Assembly: GCA_937900255.1 (NCBI GenBank)
Contig: CALCDZ010000004.1
Span: 100,413-164,412, forward strand
DNA: 64,000 nucleotides
Origin: an uncultured bacterium
Lineage (GTDB): Bacteria > Patescibacteriota > Patescibacteriia > SG8-24 > DYFX01
Direction: 5' to 3'
Both the position numbers and the translations under genes were made by a program. Positions within the stretch are counted from its first letter, which is position 1. Every line of letters starts with the position of its first letter. Under the pieces are notes generated by a model. It saw only the letters and a program-made list of their open reading frames with translations, was not told the origin of the DNA and did no database searches. Below, in pieces: positions 52,669-63,174 of this stretch.

Positions 52669-54726
52669 TCAGAGAAGATTGGCGCCGCCGAGGGCGAGCG
52701 TGAAGACGTCGTTGGTCATGGCCAGGATCTCGTTGCGTCCGTCGCCGTCGACGTCGCCGACCGAGACGCGCACGCCGCCGCGCTTCTTGCCGTCGAAGGC
52801 GAAGAACTGGCTCTTGAGCTGCCCGTAGCGGTTCATCACGCGCACCTGCGGGCCGCCTCCGAATCCGGGGCCCGTCACGATCTCCTGCGCGCCGTCGCCG
52901 TCGAGGTCTCCGACCGCCACCGAGACGCCGCCGCGGAACTTCTGGTCATAGGCGAAGAACTGCCATTTGACGGCCTTGGCCGTGCCGAAGACCCGCACGT
53001 GCGGGCCGCCGCCGGGGCCGGCGCCGGTCACGAGGTCCGGCGATGCGTCGCCATCGAGGTCGCCGATGCCGACGCTCACGCCGCCGCGGAAATTCTGCCC
53101 GTAGGCAAGGAAGGCGTCGGTCAGGGGGTTCAGGCTTTCATCATACATCCTTACGTAGGGGAACGCTCCCGGTCCGGCACCGACCGCGATGTACGTGCGC
53201 CCGCCGGCGTGGCCGAGCCCGATCGTCAGGCTCTTGGCCCAGTCTTCCCCGAACGGGGCGGCGCTGCGGATGACTTGGCCTTGGGCATCGCGCACTTCCA
53301 GGCGGTTGCCGTTCACGGCGACCGTCACGTCTTCGGAGGCGCCGTCCGGACGGAACGTCGCCAGGTCGACGCCGCCTTTGCGCTTGTCGTCATACGCGAA
53401 GAAGCCGGTGCGATGCGTCTCGCCGGTGCCGGAGAGGATGCGCATGAACGCGCCGTTCTTATAGGAAGCGCCGCGTACCTGTTCGAGCGGCCGCAGCAGG
53501 ATCAGTCCGTCCTTGGCCGGGATCGTCACGGTGCTGGCGATGCCGCCGTCGTTCACCGCGTGGTCTTGCGCGCCATTCAGCCGCTCGAAGTCGCCGTCCA
53601 AGTCTACCGACTGCGGCTGGTCGCCCGAATTGACCAGCACGGTGCCGTGCTGGAAGTCCCTGCGCCAGACGCCGGGTTTCACCGGCGTCGTGGACCCGGT
53701 CAGGTTCCGTGCCGCTCCGACGGGCGCGCCGAGGTACGCGCCGTACTCGTCGTACATCCAGGTCTGGCCATGGTCCTGGTCGCCGAAGTCGAACTGGAAG
53801 AATCCGTCGCCCATCAAGGTCGATGCCAGGCCGAAGCGCATCTTCCGGAAGTCGTTGCGGCTGCCGGTGTTTCCCGTGTTGCTGTTGATGATGAAAAGGG
53901 GAGGATAGCCGACCTGCTTCTGGAGCTTCAGGTAGTTGCCCATGACGGTCGACCAGCTGCCGTCATACTCCCAAGGCGTCGGGAAGGTCTCGAACATGCG
54001 GCCGTTCACGTACGGCTGCAGGTCCGGGTCGGAATCGCCGTTGGTCACGATCACGGCATCGGGTCCGACCAGGTCGCGCGTGGTCTTCAAAAGGCGGATC
54101 ATGCCGTCCTTCCAGAGCCGGTCGGCCGTGGCGGCGTCATCGCGCTGGCCGTCGTTGTTCACGTCGACGTTGCCGCCGTTCAGCCAGGAGATGGTCGCCG
54201 AAGTCTCGTCGTAAAAGATGCCGTCCCAGTCGCCGGAGGACATCAGGTCTTCCTTCACGAAATGGGGGAGCGCTTCGTTCCATCCGCTCGCCACGTTGAA
54301 GGAGAGGGTGCCGGGCCAGACCGAAAGGATCTGCCCGCCGGGCTGCCGCAGGCGCTCGCCGTCGTTCGTGCGCGCCAGGAGCCGCGGATGCAGCGTGTCC
54401 ATCCTGTTGTCGCTCCAGATCTGCGCGTAGCTCTTGGTCGGCACGTACGCCAGGATGACGATGTTCGGGTTCAGCTGCCGGAGCGTCGGGAAGATGTCGG
54501 GATTGAAGACTTGCGCCTCGGCCGGCAACACCAACACGTCGTACTTCGCCAGCGAGGCGTAGTCGGAGGAGGGGAGCGTGATGCCCGCCTTCATGTAGTT
54601 GTTGGAGAGCCGCACGAACCGGTCCGAAGGCGTACGTGCCGCGCTCGCGGCGTTCGGCACGGCGAAACTCACGACCGAAGCGATCGCGAGGCCGAGGGTG
54701 GCGGTTTTCAGGCGGGCGTCAGGCAT
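52669..54726 (-). CDS. Secreted putative glycoside hydrolase (TIM-barrel) with C-terminal FG-GAP-like repeats
   Basis: LAKYDVLVL, WDGIFYD, NGRMFETFP, WRRDFQHG; GDLDGDG..IVTG.G.GGGP.VR repeats. Confidence 0.82.
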   Translation of the reverse strand: MPDARLKTATLGLAIASVVSFAVPNAASAARTPSDRFVRLSNNYMKAGITLPSSDYASLAKYDVLVLPAEAQVFNPDIFPTLRQLNPNIVILAYVPTKSYAQIWSDNRMDTLHPRLLARTNDGERLRQPGGQILSVWPGTLSFNVASGWNEALPHFVKEDLMSSGDWDGIFYDETSATISWLNGGNVDVNNDGQRDDAATADRLWKDGMIRLLKTTRDLVGPDAVIVTNGDSDPDLQPYVNGRMFETFPTPWEYDGSWSTVMGNYLKLQKQVGYPPLFIINSNTGNTGSRNDFRKMRFGLASTLMGDGFFQFDFGDQDHGQTWMYDEYGAYLGAPVGAARNLTGSTTPVKPGVWRRDFQHGTVLVNSGDQPQSVDLDGDFERLNGAQDHAVNDGGIASTVTIPAKDGLILLRPLEQVRGASYKNGAFMRILSGTGETHRTGFFAYDDKRKGGVDLATFRPDGASEDVTVAVNGNRLEVRDAQGQVIRSAAPFGEDWAKSLTIGLGHAGGRTYIAVGAGPGAFPYVRMYDESLNPLTDAFLAYGQNFRGGVSVGIGDLDGDASPDLVTGAGPGGGPHVRVFGTAKAVKWQFFAYDQKFRGGVSVAVGDLDGDGAQEIVTGPGFGGGPQVRVMNRYGQLKSQFFAFDGKKRGGVRVSVGDVDGDGRNEILAMTNDVFTLALGGANLL

Positions 54727-54764
54727 GGCAATCGCTCGCTTTTTAACGAGGGACTCTAGCACGT

Positions 54765-55070
54765 TCAGGCCGCTTTGTCAATCTCCGGCTTCTTCTCGAA
54801 CACCTTCGGGTTCGGGCTGAAGAGTTTGTTCCGGATCTTCCACTGTTCGACGAACTGGCCGATGCCGGTCGTGGCCAGCTTGTTGCGGACGGTCGGCCGG
54901 ACCTGGGACCACTTCACGAGGCTCTCGAAGTTCAGCTTGTACCTCCCGCGCACGACTACGTAGGCGATCTCCCCGTCGGTGATGGCTCGGCGGATGGTGC
55001 GGGTGGAGATACCGAAAAGCTTGGCGGCCTCAGAAACGGAAACGCGGATGATGTGTTTTGGGGATTCCAT
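54765..55070 (-). CDS. HTH_17-type DNA-binding protein
   Basis: VSVSEAAKLFGISTRTIRRAI. Confidence 0.82.
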   Translation of the reverse strand: MESPKHIIRVSVSEAAKLFGISTRTIRRAITDGEIAYVVVRGRYKLNFESLVKWSQVRPTVRNKLATTGIGQFVEQWKIRNKLFSPNPKVFEKKPEIDKAA

Positions 55071-55272
55071 GAATGTGGCTTATTTGTCTACTCCAGTGTA
55101 GACAAATAAGAGATTTTATGCAAGGGGATACGCTTAATCGCTGTTTGGGCGTGGCTCCATGATTTAAGGCTGATTAAGCTCAGTTTCACTGATTGACGCA
55201 CGCCGCTTGCTGTGGTAACCTGCTCCCGATCAGGCGGACTGTAACGCTATTCCGATCCCGCCGTCTAAAGGC

Positions 55273-55878
55273 ATGAGCAACCCACTGCACGACAAGCTCC
55301 TCCTCTATCGGGTGCGCGCGAAAAAAGATCCGGAAGCGTTCGGGAAGATCTACGACCTCTACGCAAGCCGGATTTATCGTTTCGTGTACTTCAAGGTCTC
55401 TTCCATCGAAGAGGCGCAGGACATCACCGCCGATGTCTTCCTGAAGGCCTGGTCCCATCTCATCGACGAGAAGGGGCAGCAGGTCCGCCACCTGAGCGCG
55501 TTCCTCTATGGCATGGCCCGCAATCGCGTCATCGACTATTACCGGTCGATGTCGCGCGAAGCGCTGCCGCTTTCCGAGGGCGCCGAGGAGACGATCGCAG
55601 ACGCACGGATGGAGCACCTCAAGAACGAGGCCAAGATCGACACGGAGCTGCTCGAGAAGCACCTCCGCTCGCTCAAGGACGACTACCGCGAAGTGCTCGT
55701 CATGAAATATCTCGACGAGCTCGAAACATCCGAGATCGCCAAGATCCTGGGCAAGACCCAGGGCAACGTGCGGGTCCTCCTGCACCGCGCCCTCGAGGCT
55801 GTCAGGGAACTGGTGCCTTCGGAAACCTCCCACCATGAAACTCCCGATCGAAGGACAACTGAAAGCGCTCAAGACTGA
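55273..55878 (+). CDS. ECF RNA polymerase sigma factor
   Basis: AQDITADVFLKAW, LYGMARNRVIDYYR, EIAKILGKTQGNVRVLLHRA. Confidence 0.93.
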   Translation: MSNPLHDKLLLYRVRAKKDPEAFGKIYDLYASRIYRFVYFKVSSIEEAQDITADVFLKAWSHLIDEKGQQVRHLSAFLYGMARNRVIDYYRSMSREALPLSEGAEETIADARMEHLKNEAKIDTELLEKHLRSLKDDYREVLVMKYLDELETSEIAKILGKTQGNVRVLLHRALEAVRELVPSETSHHETPDRRTTESAQD

Positions 55879-56875
55879 ACGTGCGGGCGGAAGCCCGGAC
55901 GCGCGTTGGCTTGCGTCCACGAGGGAGACTTTGATGATGCAGATCGGCAACACGGTCAGCGCCCAGCCGCACCGGACCGGCGCGCGCGCGTTCGCCAAAA
56001 ACCTTTCCATCTTCTTCCCCAAAAATTTCGGAGCCGCCCTGGCGGTCCCCCTGGCTGCGCTTCTTCTCATGGTCGGAGCGGGCGCTTCATCCACAGCCGT
56101 CGTGGCGGCCGCGCATGATACGCTTCCCGGCGACGTCCTTTATGAGGTGAAGCTCGCCGCCGAGTCCGTCAGCCTGATGACCGTCTCCAAGGAAGTCCGT
56201 ACCGAACGCCGCATCGAGATCGCCGGGCGTCGTCTCGACGAGATGGCCCGCCTCTCTGCCGGAGCCGATGCCGAGAAGGACGCCAAGATCGCGCGTATCG
56301 CCGCGCTGTTCTCGAACGAGATGACCGCCGTCCGCAAGGACCTGTCAGACTTGCAGCAGGGGAAGGACACGGAAGCGTCCGTCAGGATCGCCATGCGGAT
56401 CGAATCCCGCGCGGACGGATACCAGTCCGTCTTCCAGAACGGCTTGCTGATCGGACGCCCGACCCTGCGCATGGCGCTCCTCAACCTCGACGAGGTTTCG
56501 GTCAAGGCGCTCGAGATCCTGGTCGAGAAACGGAGTCTCGCTTCCAACGTCTTACCGGAAGCGCAGCTCACCTCGGCCGTCACCAAGAAGATCGACACCT
56601 TCGCCGCGCACGTGGCGGTGGCCGAAGACCGGCTGCCTCCCGACGGCATGGTCTCCCAGAGCGCGCTCCTCACCAACAAGGCCCGCGCCGCCGTGGAAGA
56701 AGCCAAGGAGCTGCTCTCGCGCGGCGACTTCCGGGCCGCGGTCCGGAAAGTCGGCGAAGGCACCGACCTGGTCACCCAGGCCGAGAACGCCGACAAGCAG
56801 CCCGTTCCCGCCCCGAGCGCTTCGGCGACCGGCACGCGGGACCAGAGCGCGACTGATACCAAACCGTCCCCGTAA
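55835..56875 (+). CDS. DUF5667-like membrane protein, candidate anti-sigma factor
   Basis: Overlaps the ECF gene; single TM; TLPGDVLYEVKLAAE..RRLDEM. Confidence 0.78.
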   Translation: MKLPIEGQLKALKTERAGGSPDARWLASTRETLMMQIGNTVSAQPHRTGARAFAKNLSIFFPKNFGAALAVPLAALLLMVGAGASSTAVVAAAHDTLPGDVLYEVKLAAESVSLMTVSKEVRTERRIEIAGRRLDEMARLSAGADAEKDAKIARIAALFSNEMTAVRKDLSDLQQGKDTEASVRIAMRIESRADGYQSVFQNGLLIGRPTLRMALLNLDEVSVKALEILVEKRSLASNVLPEAQLTSAVTKKIDTFAAHVAVAEDRLPPDGMVSQSALLTNKARAAVEEAKELLSRGDFRAAVRKVGEGTDLVTQAENADKQPVPAPSASATGTRDQSATDTKPSP

Positions 56876-57088
56876 CGTATAGGCATTAAATAATCCACCG
56901 GCCGGAACTCCTGGGTCGAAACCTTCACCTCATATGAAATGGGGCGAAGGCTCCGATCCAGGAGGCATGACCCGTTCACGCGGGGAGGCACCGGACGGGC
57001 CCGTACAGGGCAAACACGGCAATCCTTAAACGTCGAGGCCGAAAGGCCGGACTGCCACTATAATCTTGAAGAAAGGATCCATTACCTT

Positions 57089-60000
57089 ATGACCGATGTC
57101 CTCAAAATGAGCCGCAAGGCTCTGACGATGGGCGTCGTCCTCACGACCATGCTTTGGTCGATGATGGCGACCGTCCTCGTCGCTCCCATGAAGGCGAGCG
57201 CCGCCGGCTGCACGAGCGGTACTCTCATCAAGGGTTCTCTTCCCGCCGTCTACTACTGCGGCGCGGACCAGAAGCGCTACGTGTTCACGAACGACAAGGC
57301 GTACAAGACCTGGTACTCGGACTTCTCCGGCGTCACCAAGCTCTCGGACGCTGACCTCGCTTCCATCCAGATCGGCGGCAATGCCACCTATCGCCCGGGT
57401 GTGAAGATGGTCAAGATCGTGTCCGATCCGAAGGTGTACGTCATCGCCCACGGCGGTGTCCTGCGCCCGATCGCTTCCGAAGCGGTCGCCTCCTGCCTGT
57501 ACGGTTCCACCTGGAACAAGCAGATCGACGACATCGCTGACGCCTTCTTCACCAACTACTCGGTTGGTACGGCCGTCAACGCGTGCGCCGACTTCGACAA
57601 GAACGCCGAAATGAGCGGCTCCCAGAGCATCAACGCCGACAAGGGTCTCTCGACCACCACCGTCAGCGGTTCGCTCGTCGCCTCTCTCGCCACTGACAAC
57701 CCGGCTTCGGCCACGGTTCCGGGCGGCGCCCGCGGCGTCAGCATGCTCAAGTTCAACCTGCGCAACAACGGTGCCTCGTCGGCCACGGTCGACAACGTCA
57801 CCATCCACCGCGCGGGTCCGGGCTCGACGTCTGACATCTCCAACGTCTACCTGTACGAGGGTTCGACCCGTCTGACCACGGGCCGCTCCATCAACAGCTC
57901 GACGAACGATGCCAACTTCACCGGCCTCAACCTCGTCCTCGCCGCCGGCCAGACCCGCACCCTGTGGGTCGCCGTCGACGTCGCGACGGGCAGCGCCGGC
58001 AACGTCCATCAGATGCAGCTCACCCACGCCCTCTCCGGTACGGTGGAGGCCGCCGGTCAGCCGCTCATGGGCAACAACTTCACGCTCGCCGGCGCGTCGG
58101 TCGGTTCGCTGACCATCGCCAGGACCGGTTCCATCTCCAACCCGAAGCTGGGCGAGATGGGCGCGAAGGTCGCTGAGTTCACGATCGGTGCCGGTTCCAC
58201 GGAAGACGTCACGCTCAAGCGCTTGACGCTCTACCAGGCCGGTAACCTGAACGCTTCCAACATCAGCAACCTGACGCTCAAGCAGGCCGGTCTCACGCTC
58301 GCCACCGCTTCGGGTTTCGACTCCAAGCTGCACGCGACGTTCGACATGCCGGCCGGTTTCCTTCTCGCGAAGGGTCAGACCAAGACCTTCCAGGTCTACG
58401 CTGACATCGGCGGAACGGCTCGCGCCAACGACGATCTCAAGATCTACGTCGAGGAAGACGCTGACCTCTACGGTGTCGGCGCTACCTACGGCTACGGTGT
58501 GGGCGTCACTCGCAGCGCTTACAACGGTACGGACAGCACCGACGCCGACTCGCTCGCCTGCTCCACCAGCACCGACAACTGCTCGTACTCCCAGGTGGAG
58601 GCTGGCCAGGTCACGATCGGCTTCAGCGGTCCTTCTTCGAAGAACATCGCGACCAACGGCAAGGATGTGGAATTCTTCCACTTCACCATGGCCGCGAAGT
58701 CCAACGTCGAAGTCCGCAAGCTGGTCCTGAACATCGCTGCCAGCACCTCCGGTGTCGGCGCGGCCGGTCTCTTGACCACCAGCAACGTCGCCAACTACAC
58801 CGACATCAAGGTCACGAACGTCAAGACGGGCGCCACGTGGTGGGGTCCCAAGGACGTCACGGGCACGGATAACGCCGCGGCTGACCTCGCCCAGGACCTG
58901 ACCTACAACGACGTCTGGACGCTCCAGGCCGGTCAGACCTACGAGTTCAAGGTCACGGCTGATGTCGCTCAGAACGCCCATCCGAACGACAACATCACCT
59001 TCACCCTGAACGCCTTCGGTTCCAGCGACCTCCGCAACCTGGACAACAACACCTTCCTCGCGTCGACTGACGTCGTCCCGACGGGTGCCATCGCGGGTAA
59101 CCCGATGACGATCCAGGCCGCCGCCCTCACCGCTTCGCTCAGCGCGACCCCGGTCTCGCAGAGCTACGTCAAGGGCACGCAGGGCGTCGACTTCGTCGGC
59201 GTGAACCTCAAGGCTGGCGATGCGACGAACGTCACGGTCACGGAGGTCGACACCACCGGTGCGATCGACGAGGACGCGACGGGCGGTGCCGCAGCCGGCG
59301 TCCAGAACTCGGTGAACGTCAGCGATGACATCCTCACCTGCCGCCTCATGGACGGCGCGACCCAGGTCGGCCAGTCCAAGTCCCCGACCTCGACGACGGG
59401 CGTGATGAACTTCACGAACCTGAACGTCAGCGTCGCGGCCGGCACGACCAAGTCCCTCAAGGTCAACTGCGACATCTCCAACTCGGCCTTCCGCAACAGC
59501 GATGCCGAGAAGATCTCCTTCCGCGTCACGGGCGTCACCGCCCAGGATCCGGACGGCAGCAACATCAGCGCTTCCGGTCTCCCGGTCAACGGTTCGGACA
59601 CCACCGCGGTGACGATCACCAACACCGGCACCATGTCCTACGCGCTCGCTCCGGATGACACCGAGTCCGAAGCCGGTCTCGTGATCGCCGGACAGTCCGG
59701 CGTGGTCCTCGGCAAGATCCGCCTCACCGCGGCCAACGAGGAACTCAAGCAGACCAAGATGCGCGTCTCGCTCGTCACCACGGGCAACTACACCAACCTG
59801 ATCGCCATGTCGCTCTACGACGGCTCCACGTTGGTCGCCGGCCCGGTCCCGGTCGACAGCACGGGCAACGCTGACTTCTCCGGCATGAGCTTCGTCGTTC
59901 CGAAGGACGGTTCCAAGACCCTCACGGTCAAGGCCGACCTGAACACGATCTCCGGCGGCGCCACCTCCGGTGCCAACCTGAAGATCACGACGGATCTCTC

Positions 60001-60682
60001 CAGCCCGACCAGCGGCACCTTCGAGTACCGCGGTACCCAGTCCAGCACGGTGGCGACCACCATCAGCGCTACGGACGTCACGGGCAAGGACAAGATCCTC
60101 CGCAAGACCAAGCCGACGGTGAGCCTCGCCTCGCTGCCGACCTCGACCCTGTCGAACGGCACCCAGGTGATCTCCCGCTTCACGGTGACGGCTGACGCCG
60201 CTCAGCAGGTCTCCCTGAAGAACATCGGCTTCGAAGTCAACATGAACAACGTCGGCGGCACGGCTCTGGCTCTCACCAGCCCGGCCATCCGCGAAGTTGG
60301 TCAGGGCTCCGACATCTCGGCCACCACGACCTCGGCCATCCTGAACTGCACCGGTTCCGCAACCTGCCAGTTCACGGTCGCGTTCACCAACGAGCAGTCC
60401 GTTTCCGCCGGTACGTCCAAGACGTACGAGCTGCGCGCGACGGTTGCCGGTGCCGACACCTCGGGCGAATCGATCAGCACCAAGCTGCTCGGTGACGCTG
60501 CCGTCGATTCCGGTGCGCTCAGCGTGAGCGGTACCAAGGTCAACGGCACGGTCTACAACTTCATCTGGTCCGACAACTCGGCGATTCCGCACAACGATAC
60601 GGACGCTGGTTCGACCGACTGGACGAACGGCCGCTACGTGAAGGTCCTCCCGTCCGACGCCCAGACGATGACCCGCTCGTAA
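57089..60682 (+). CDS. Major S-layer-like surface protein (1197 aa)
   Basis: Start MTDVLKM; signal peptide; GTLIK..VYY..KRYVF..WY.DFS..YRPG..K..DPKVY N-domain; Thr/Ser/Ala/Gly-rich beta domains; strong codon bias. Confidence 0.8.
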   Translation: MTDVLKMSRKALTMGVVLTTMLWSMMATVLVAPMKASAAGCTSGTLIKGSLPAVYYCGADQKRYVFTNDKAYKTWYSDFSGVTKLSDADLASIQIGGNATYRPGVKMVKIVSDPKVYVIAHGGVLRPIASEAVASCLYGSTWNKQIDDIADAFFTNYSVGTAVNACADFDKNAEMSGSQSINADKGLSTTTVSGSLVASLATDNPASATVPGGARGVSMLKFNLRNNGASSATVDNVTIHRAGPGSTSDISNVYLYEGSTRLTTGRSINSSTNDANFTGLNLVLAAGQTRTLWVAVDVATGSAGNVHQMQLTHALSGTVEAAGQPLMGNNFTLAGASVGSLTIARTGSISNPKLGEMGAKVAEFTIGAGSTEDVTLKRLTLYQAGNLNASNISNLTLKQAGLTLATASGFDSKLHATFDMPAGFLLAKGQTKTFQVYADIGGTARANDDLKIYVEEDADLYGVGATYGYGVGVTRSAYNGTDSTDADSLACSTSTDNCSYSQVEAGQVTIGFSGPSSKNIATNGKDVEFFHFTMAAKSNVEVRKLVLNIAASTSGVGAAGLLTTSNVANYTDIKVTNVKTGATWWGPKDVTGTDNAAADLAQDLTYNDVWTLQAGQTYEFKVTADVAQNAHPNDNITFTLNAFGSSDLRNLDNNTFLASTDVVPTGAIAGNPMTIQAAALTASLSATPVSQSYVKGTQGVDFVGVNLKAGDATNVTVTEVDTTGAIDEDATGGAAAGVQNSVNVSDDILTCRLMDGATQVGQSKSPTSTTGVMNFTNLNVSVAAGTTKSLKVNCDISNSAFRNSDAEKISFRVTGVTAQDPDGSNISASGLPVNGSDTTAVTITNTGTMSYALAPDDTESEAGLVIAGQSGVVLGKIRLTAANEELKQTKMRVSLVTTGNYTNLIAMSLYDGSTLVAGPVPVDSTGNADFSGMSFVVPKDGSKTLTVKADLNTISGGATSGANLKITTDLSSPTSGTFEYRGTQSSTVATTISATDVTGKDKILRKTKPTVSLASLPTSTLSNGTQVISRFTVTADAAQQVSLKNIGFEVNMNNVGGTALALTSPAIREVGQGSDISATTTSAILNCTGSATCQFTVAFTNEQSVSAGTSKTYELRATVAGADTSGESISTKLLGDAAVDSGALSVSGTKVNGTVYNFIWSDNSAIPHNDTDAGSTDWTNGRYVKVLPSDAQTMTRS

Positions 60683-60722
60683 GAGCCGGTCTCGCCAGGG
60701 TCCGAACGCGGACTCGAACGGC

Positions 60723-60754
60723 AAACCCCCTCCGCAAGGAGGGGGTTTGTTTTT
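60723..60754 (+). terminator. Intrinsic terminator
   Basis: AAACCCCCTCC-GCAA-GGAGGGGGTTTGTTTTT. Confidence 0.9.
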
Positions 60755-60789
60755 CGTTTTATGCTATCCTTTCAGATAGAAGATATCTT

Positions 60790-63144
60790 ATGGGTTTTCG
60801 TTCTGGCATCACGTTCACGGCTTGCGCAGCGGCCTTGCCGTTGCTGTTCTTGTCCGCTCCTCATGCGGCGATGGCGGCGCCTGCGGCCGGGAGCCTCATC
60901 AAGCTGCCGGATGACCGCAATCCCAGGACGGACGCGGACAGCATCGTCTATTACTACGCCGCCGACGGCAAGCGGTACGTCTTTCCGGGCGACAAGATCT
61001 ATTTCAGCTGGTACCGGGATTTTTCCGGCGTGCGCACGGTCGATGCCGCGACCATGTCGTCCATCCCGCTCGGCGGCAACGTCAGCTATCGCCCCGGCAC
61101 GCGCCTCGTGAAGCTCGAGACCGACCCGAAAGTCTACGCCGTGGAACCGCGCGGCATCTTGCGGCCGCTCGCCTCCGAAGCGGCGGCCATCGGGCTGTAC
61201 GGACCCGATTGGGCCAAGCGTGTCGACGATCTTTCGGACGCGTTCTTCAGCGGATACCGTATCGGCGCTCCTTTGGACGGCAGCGCATTCCCTTCCGGTT
61301 CCGTCGTGCGCCGCGCTTCGGACGGCACCGTCTTTTACGTCGACGGCATGTCGCTCCGGCGGATCGCTTCGCCTTCGGTGCAGGCGGCGTTGGGGATTCG
61401 GGACGGTTTCGTCCTGCCCACGGCTCGTGACCTTTCGGGTTACGGGAACGGACCGGACCTCTCGTTCCCTGAACCGGCGCTCTACGATACGGCCCAGCTT
61501 GCCGACACGCAGGCCGTCGCGGCCGAGCGGGCGGCGTTCACGGTGCGGGCGGACGGCCTCGGGACGGACCGGGACTTCGTGATGGGCGCCAAGGGCGTCA
61601 CGCTCTTCCGCTTCAGCCTGCTCGCGAAATCGGGCGGGACGAACCACGTACGCGCCATCGCCCTGCGCGGATTCATCGACGCGCACGGAGGAGGGAAGGG
61701 CGGTTTCTCGACCGGGAGCGATAGCGCAGGCGGTACCGCCGTCTACGTCCGCGACCGCGTGCCGCAACTGAGCCTGTGCGATGCGCAGGGGAATGTCGTC
61801 GCCGGCCCCGCCACGGTCGATGCCGAAGGACGCGTCTCGTTTTCCGGCCTGGACCTCGCCGTCTCCGGCGGCGAAGAACGGGCGTATGCGTTGCGGGCCG
61901 ACCTCGCGACCGGCGGAAACTTCGGCGCGCTGCCGGACGCGATCGCGTTCGACGTGGAAGACGTCCCGCGCGACGTCGTCGTCACGGGCCCGGACGGGCA
62001 ATCGGTCGCCGAGGCGGGAACGTACCCGAACGGCGGGCTTCGTCCGCTCGAGAGCGTGACGGTCGCGCAGCAAGGACGCGCCGCTTTCACCTGGCGCGGG
62101 GAAAGCGGTCCGGCCGTGGCCGGACGGCGCGTGCTGCTTGGCACGCTCACGGCGGACGCCAAGGATGACGGTTACGACCTGCAGGCGATGGCCGTACGTT
62201 TCGTCGGGCAGCTGAGTTCCATCGACCGCGTCGAGCTGGAGTCGGGCGGGCAGACGGTCGGCATGCCGTACCCCGGCACCGTCGCCGATTTCGAGAACCT
62301 GCCGTTCAAGCTTATGCGCGACGGTGTGACGGTCGTCTCCGCTTATGCCGTCATGAAGCCCGCCTCCGACACGTATCGCGGCGAACGCATCCAGGCCGAC
62401 GTCTCCGGAGCGCAGCGCTTCCGTTTCGTTTCCCAAGCGAACGGCACGGTCTTCGACCAGGTCTCGCTTCGGGAGGATCCGCGCTTCCCGATCGTCTCGA
62501 CCGCCTCCGACCTGACGGCGCGTTCCACCGACCTCTCCTTCGCGGCAGCACCTGCGACGCCTGCCGGAGCGATACCTCGCGGGAGAGCCGTGCCGGTGCT
62601 GCGCTTTTCGGCGGCTGCGGGAACGTCCGGTCCGGCTCGCATCAGGTGGTTGACGTTCAAGATCGAGCCGGGTGATGCCGGTTCGCAAGGCACGCCGGAT
62701 GCGCTTGAGAACTGGGCGCGGATGGATGGCGACGCGCTCGATGACGTCGACGTGGTGAACCTCTGGCGCGACGACGCATCTTCTGGGTCTCCGATCGGGG
62801 AAGGGGACGACGCGCGGGGCGTCGGCATCGGGTATGCGGTCGTCGCGTCCGGAGTGAAGGATACGACCCCGGCCGGACGCGATTCCGCGCCCAAGGATTA
62901 CGGCTTGATCGCATACGATTTTTCCGAAGGGTACGAACCGGTGATCGCGGCCGGAGAGACGGCGCGTTTCACGTTGGAGTTGGCGACCGATCGCCTCGCG
63001 CCGGGCGCATGGAGCCTGAAAGCGAGCCTTTTGGGAGATCACGACATCCAGTGGAGCGACGCGACCGTCGGCTCGGCCGCGCCTATCACGGGCGTGGTCG
63101 TGCCGGGATTGCCGATCGAGTCGCCTCGATTGACGGTGCCATAA
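60790..63144 (+). CDS. Secreted paralogue of the S-layer-like protein
   Basis: Shares N-domain GSLIK..VYY..KRYVFP..WY.DFS..YRPG..DPKVY..LRP..Y..W. Confidence 0.78.
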   Translation: MGFRSGITFTACAAALPLLFLSAPHAAMAAPAAGSLIKLPDDRNPRTDADSIVYYYAADGKRYVFPGDKIYFSWYRDFSGVRTVDAATMSSIPLGGNVSYRPGTRLVKLETDPKVYAVEPRGILRPLASEAAAIGLYGPDWAKRVDDLSDAFFSGYRIGAPLDGSAFPSGSVVRRASDGTVFYVDGMSLRRIASPSVQAALGIRDGFVLPTARDLSGYGNGPDLSFPEPALYDTAQLADTQAVAAERAAFTVRADGLGTDRDFVMGAKGVTLFRFSLLAKSGGTNHVRAIALRGFIDAHGGGKGGFSTGSDSAGGTAVYVRDRVPQLSLCDAQGNVVAGPATVDAEGRVSFSGLDLAVSGGEERAYALRADLATGGNFGALPDAIAFDVEDVPRDVVVTGPDGQSVAEAGTYPNGGLRPLESVTVAQQGRAAFTWRGESGPAVAGRRVLLGTLTADAKDDGYDLQAMAVRFVGQLSSIDRVELESGGQTVGMPYPGTVADFENLPFKLMRDGVTVVSAYAVMKPASDTYRGERIQADVSGAQRFRFVSQANGTVFDQVSLREDPRFPIVSTASDLTARSTDLSFAAAPATPAGAIPRGRAVPVLRFSAAAGTSGPARIRWLTFKIEPGDAGSQGTPDALENWARMDGDALDDVDVVNLWRDDASSGSPIGEGDDARGVGIGYAVVASGVKDTTPAGRDSAPKDYGLIAYDFSEGYEPVIAAGETARFTLELATDRLAPGAWSLKASLLGDHDIQWSDATVGSAAPITGVVVPGLPIESPRLTVP

Positions 63145-63174
63145 GGCGTGCTACACTCCTTGTACTTGTCGAGG

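Noticed and set aside
57000-57060. c-di-GMP-I riboswitch (ACAGGGCAAAC)
   Set aside because: The following GAAA-capped P2 and GACGCAAA elements are not in the required arrangement.
57026-60724. 1232-aa minus-strand ORF, and similar long antisense ORFs such as 52630..54759, 16440..18629 and 10488..12230
   Set aside because: Shadow ORFs produced by high GC and codon bias on the opposite, motif-bearing genes.
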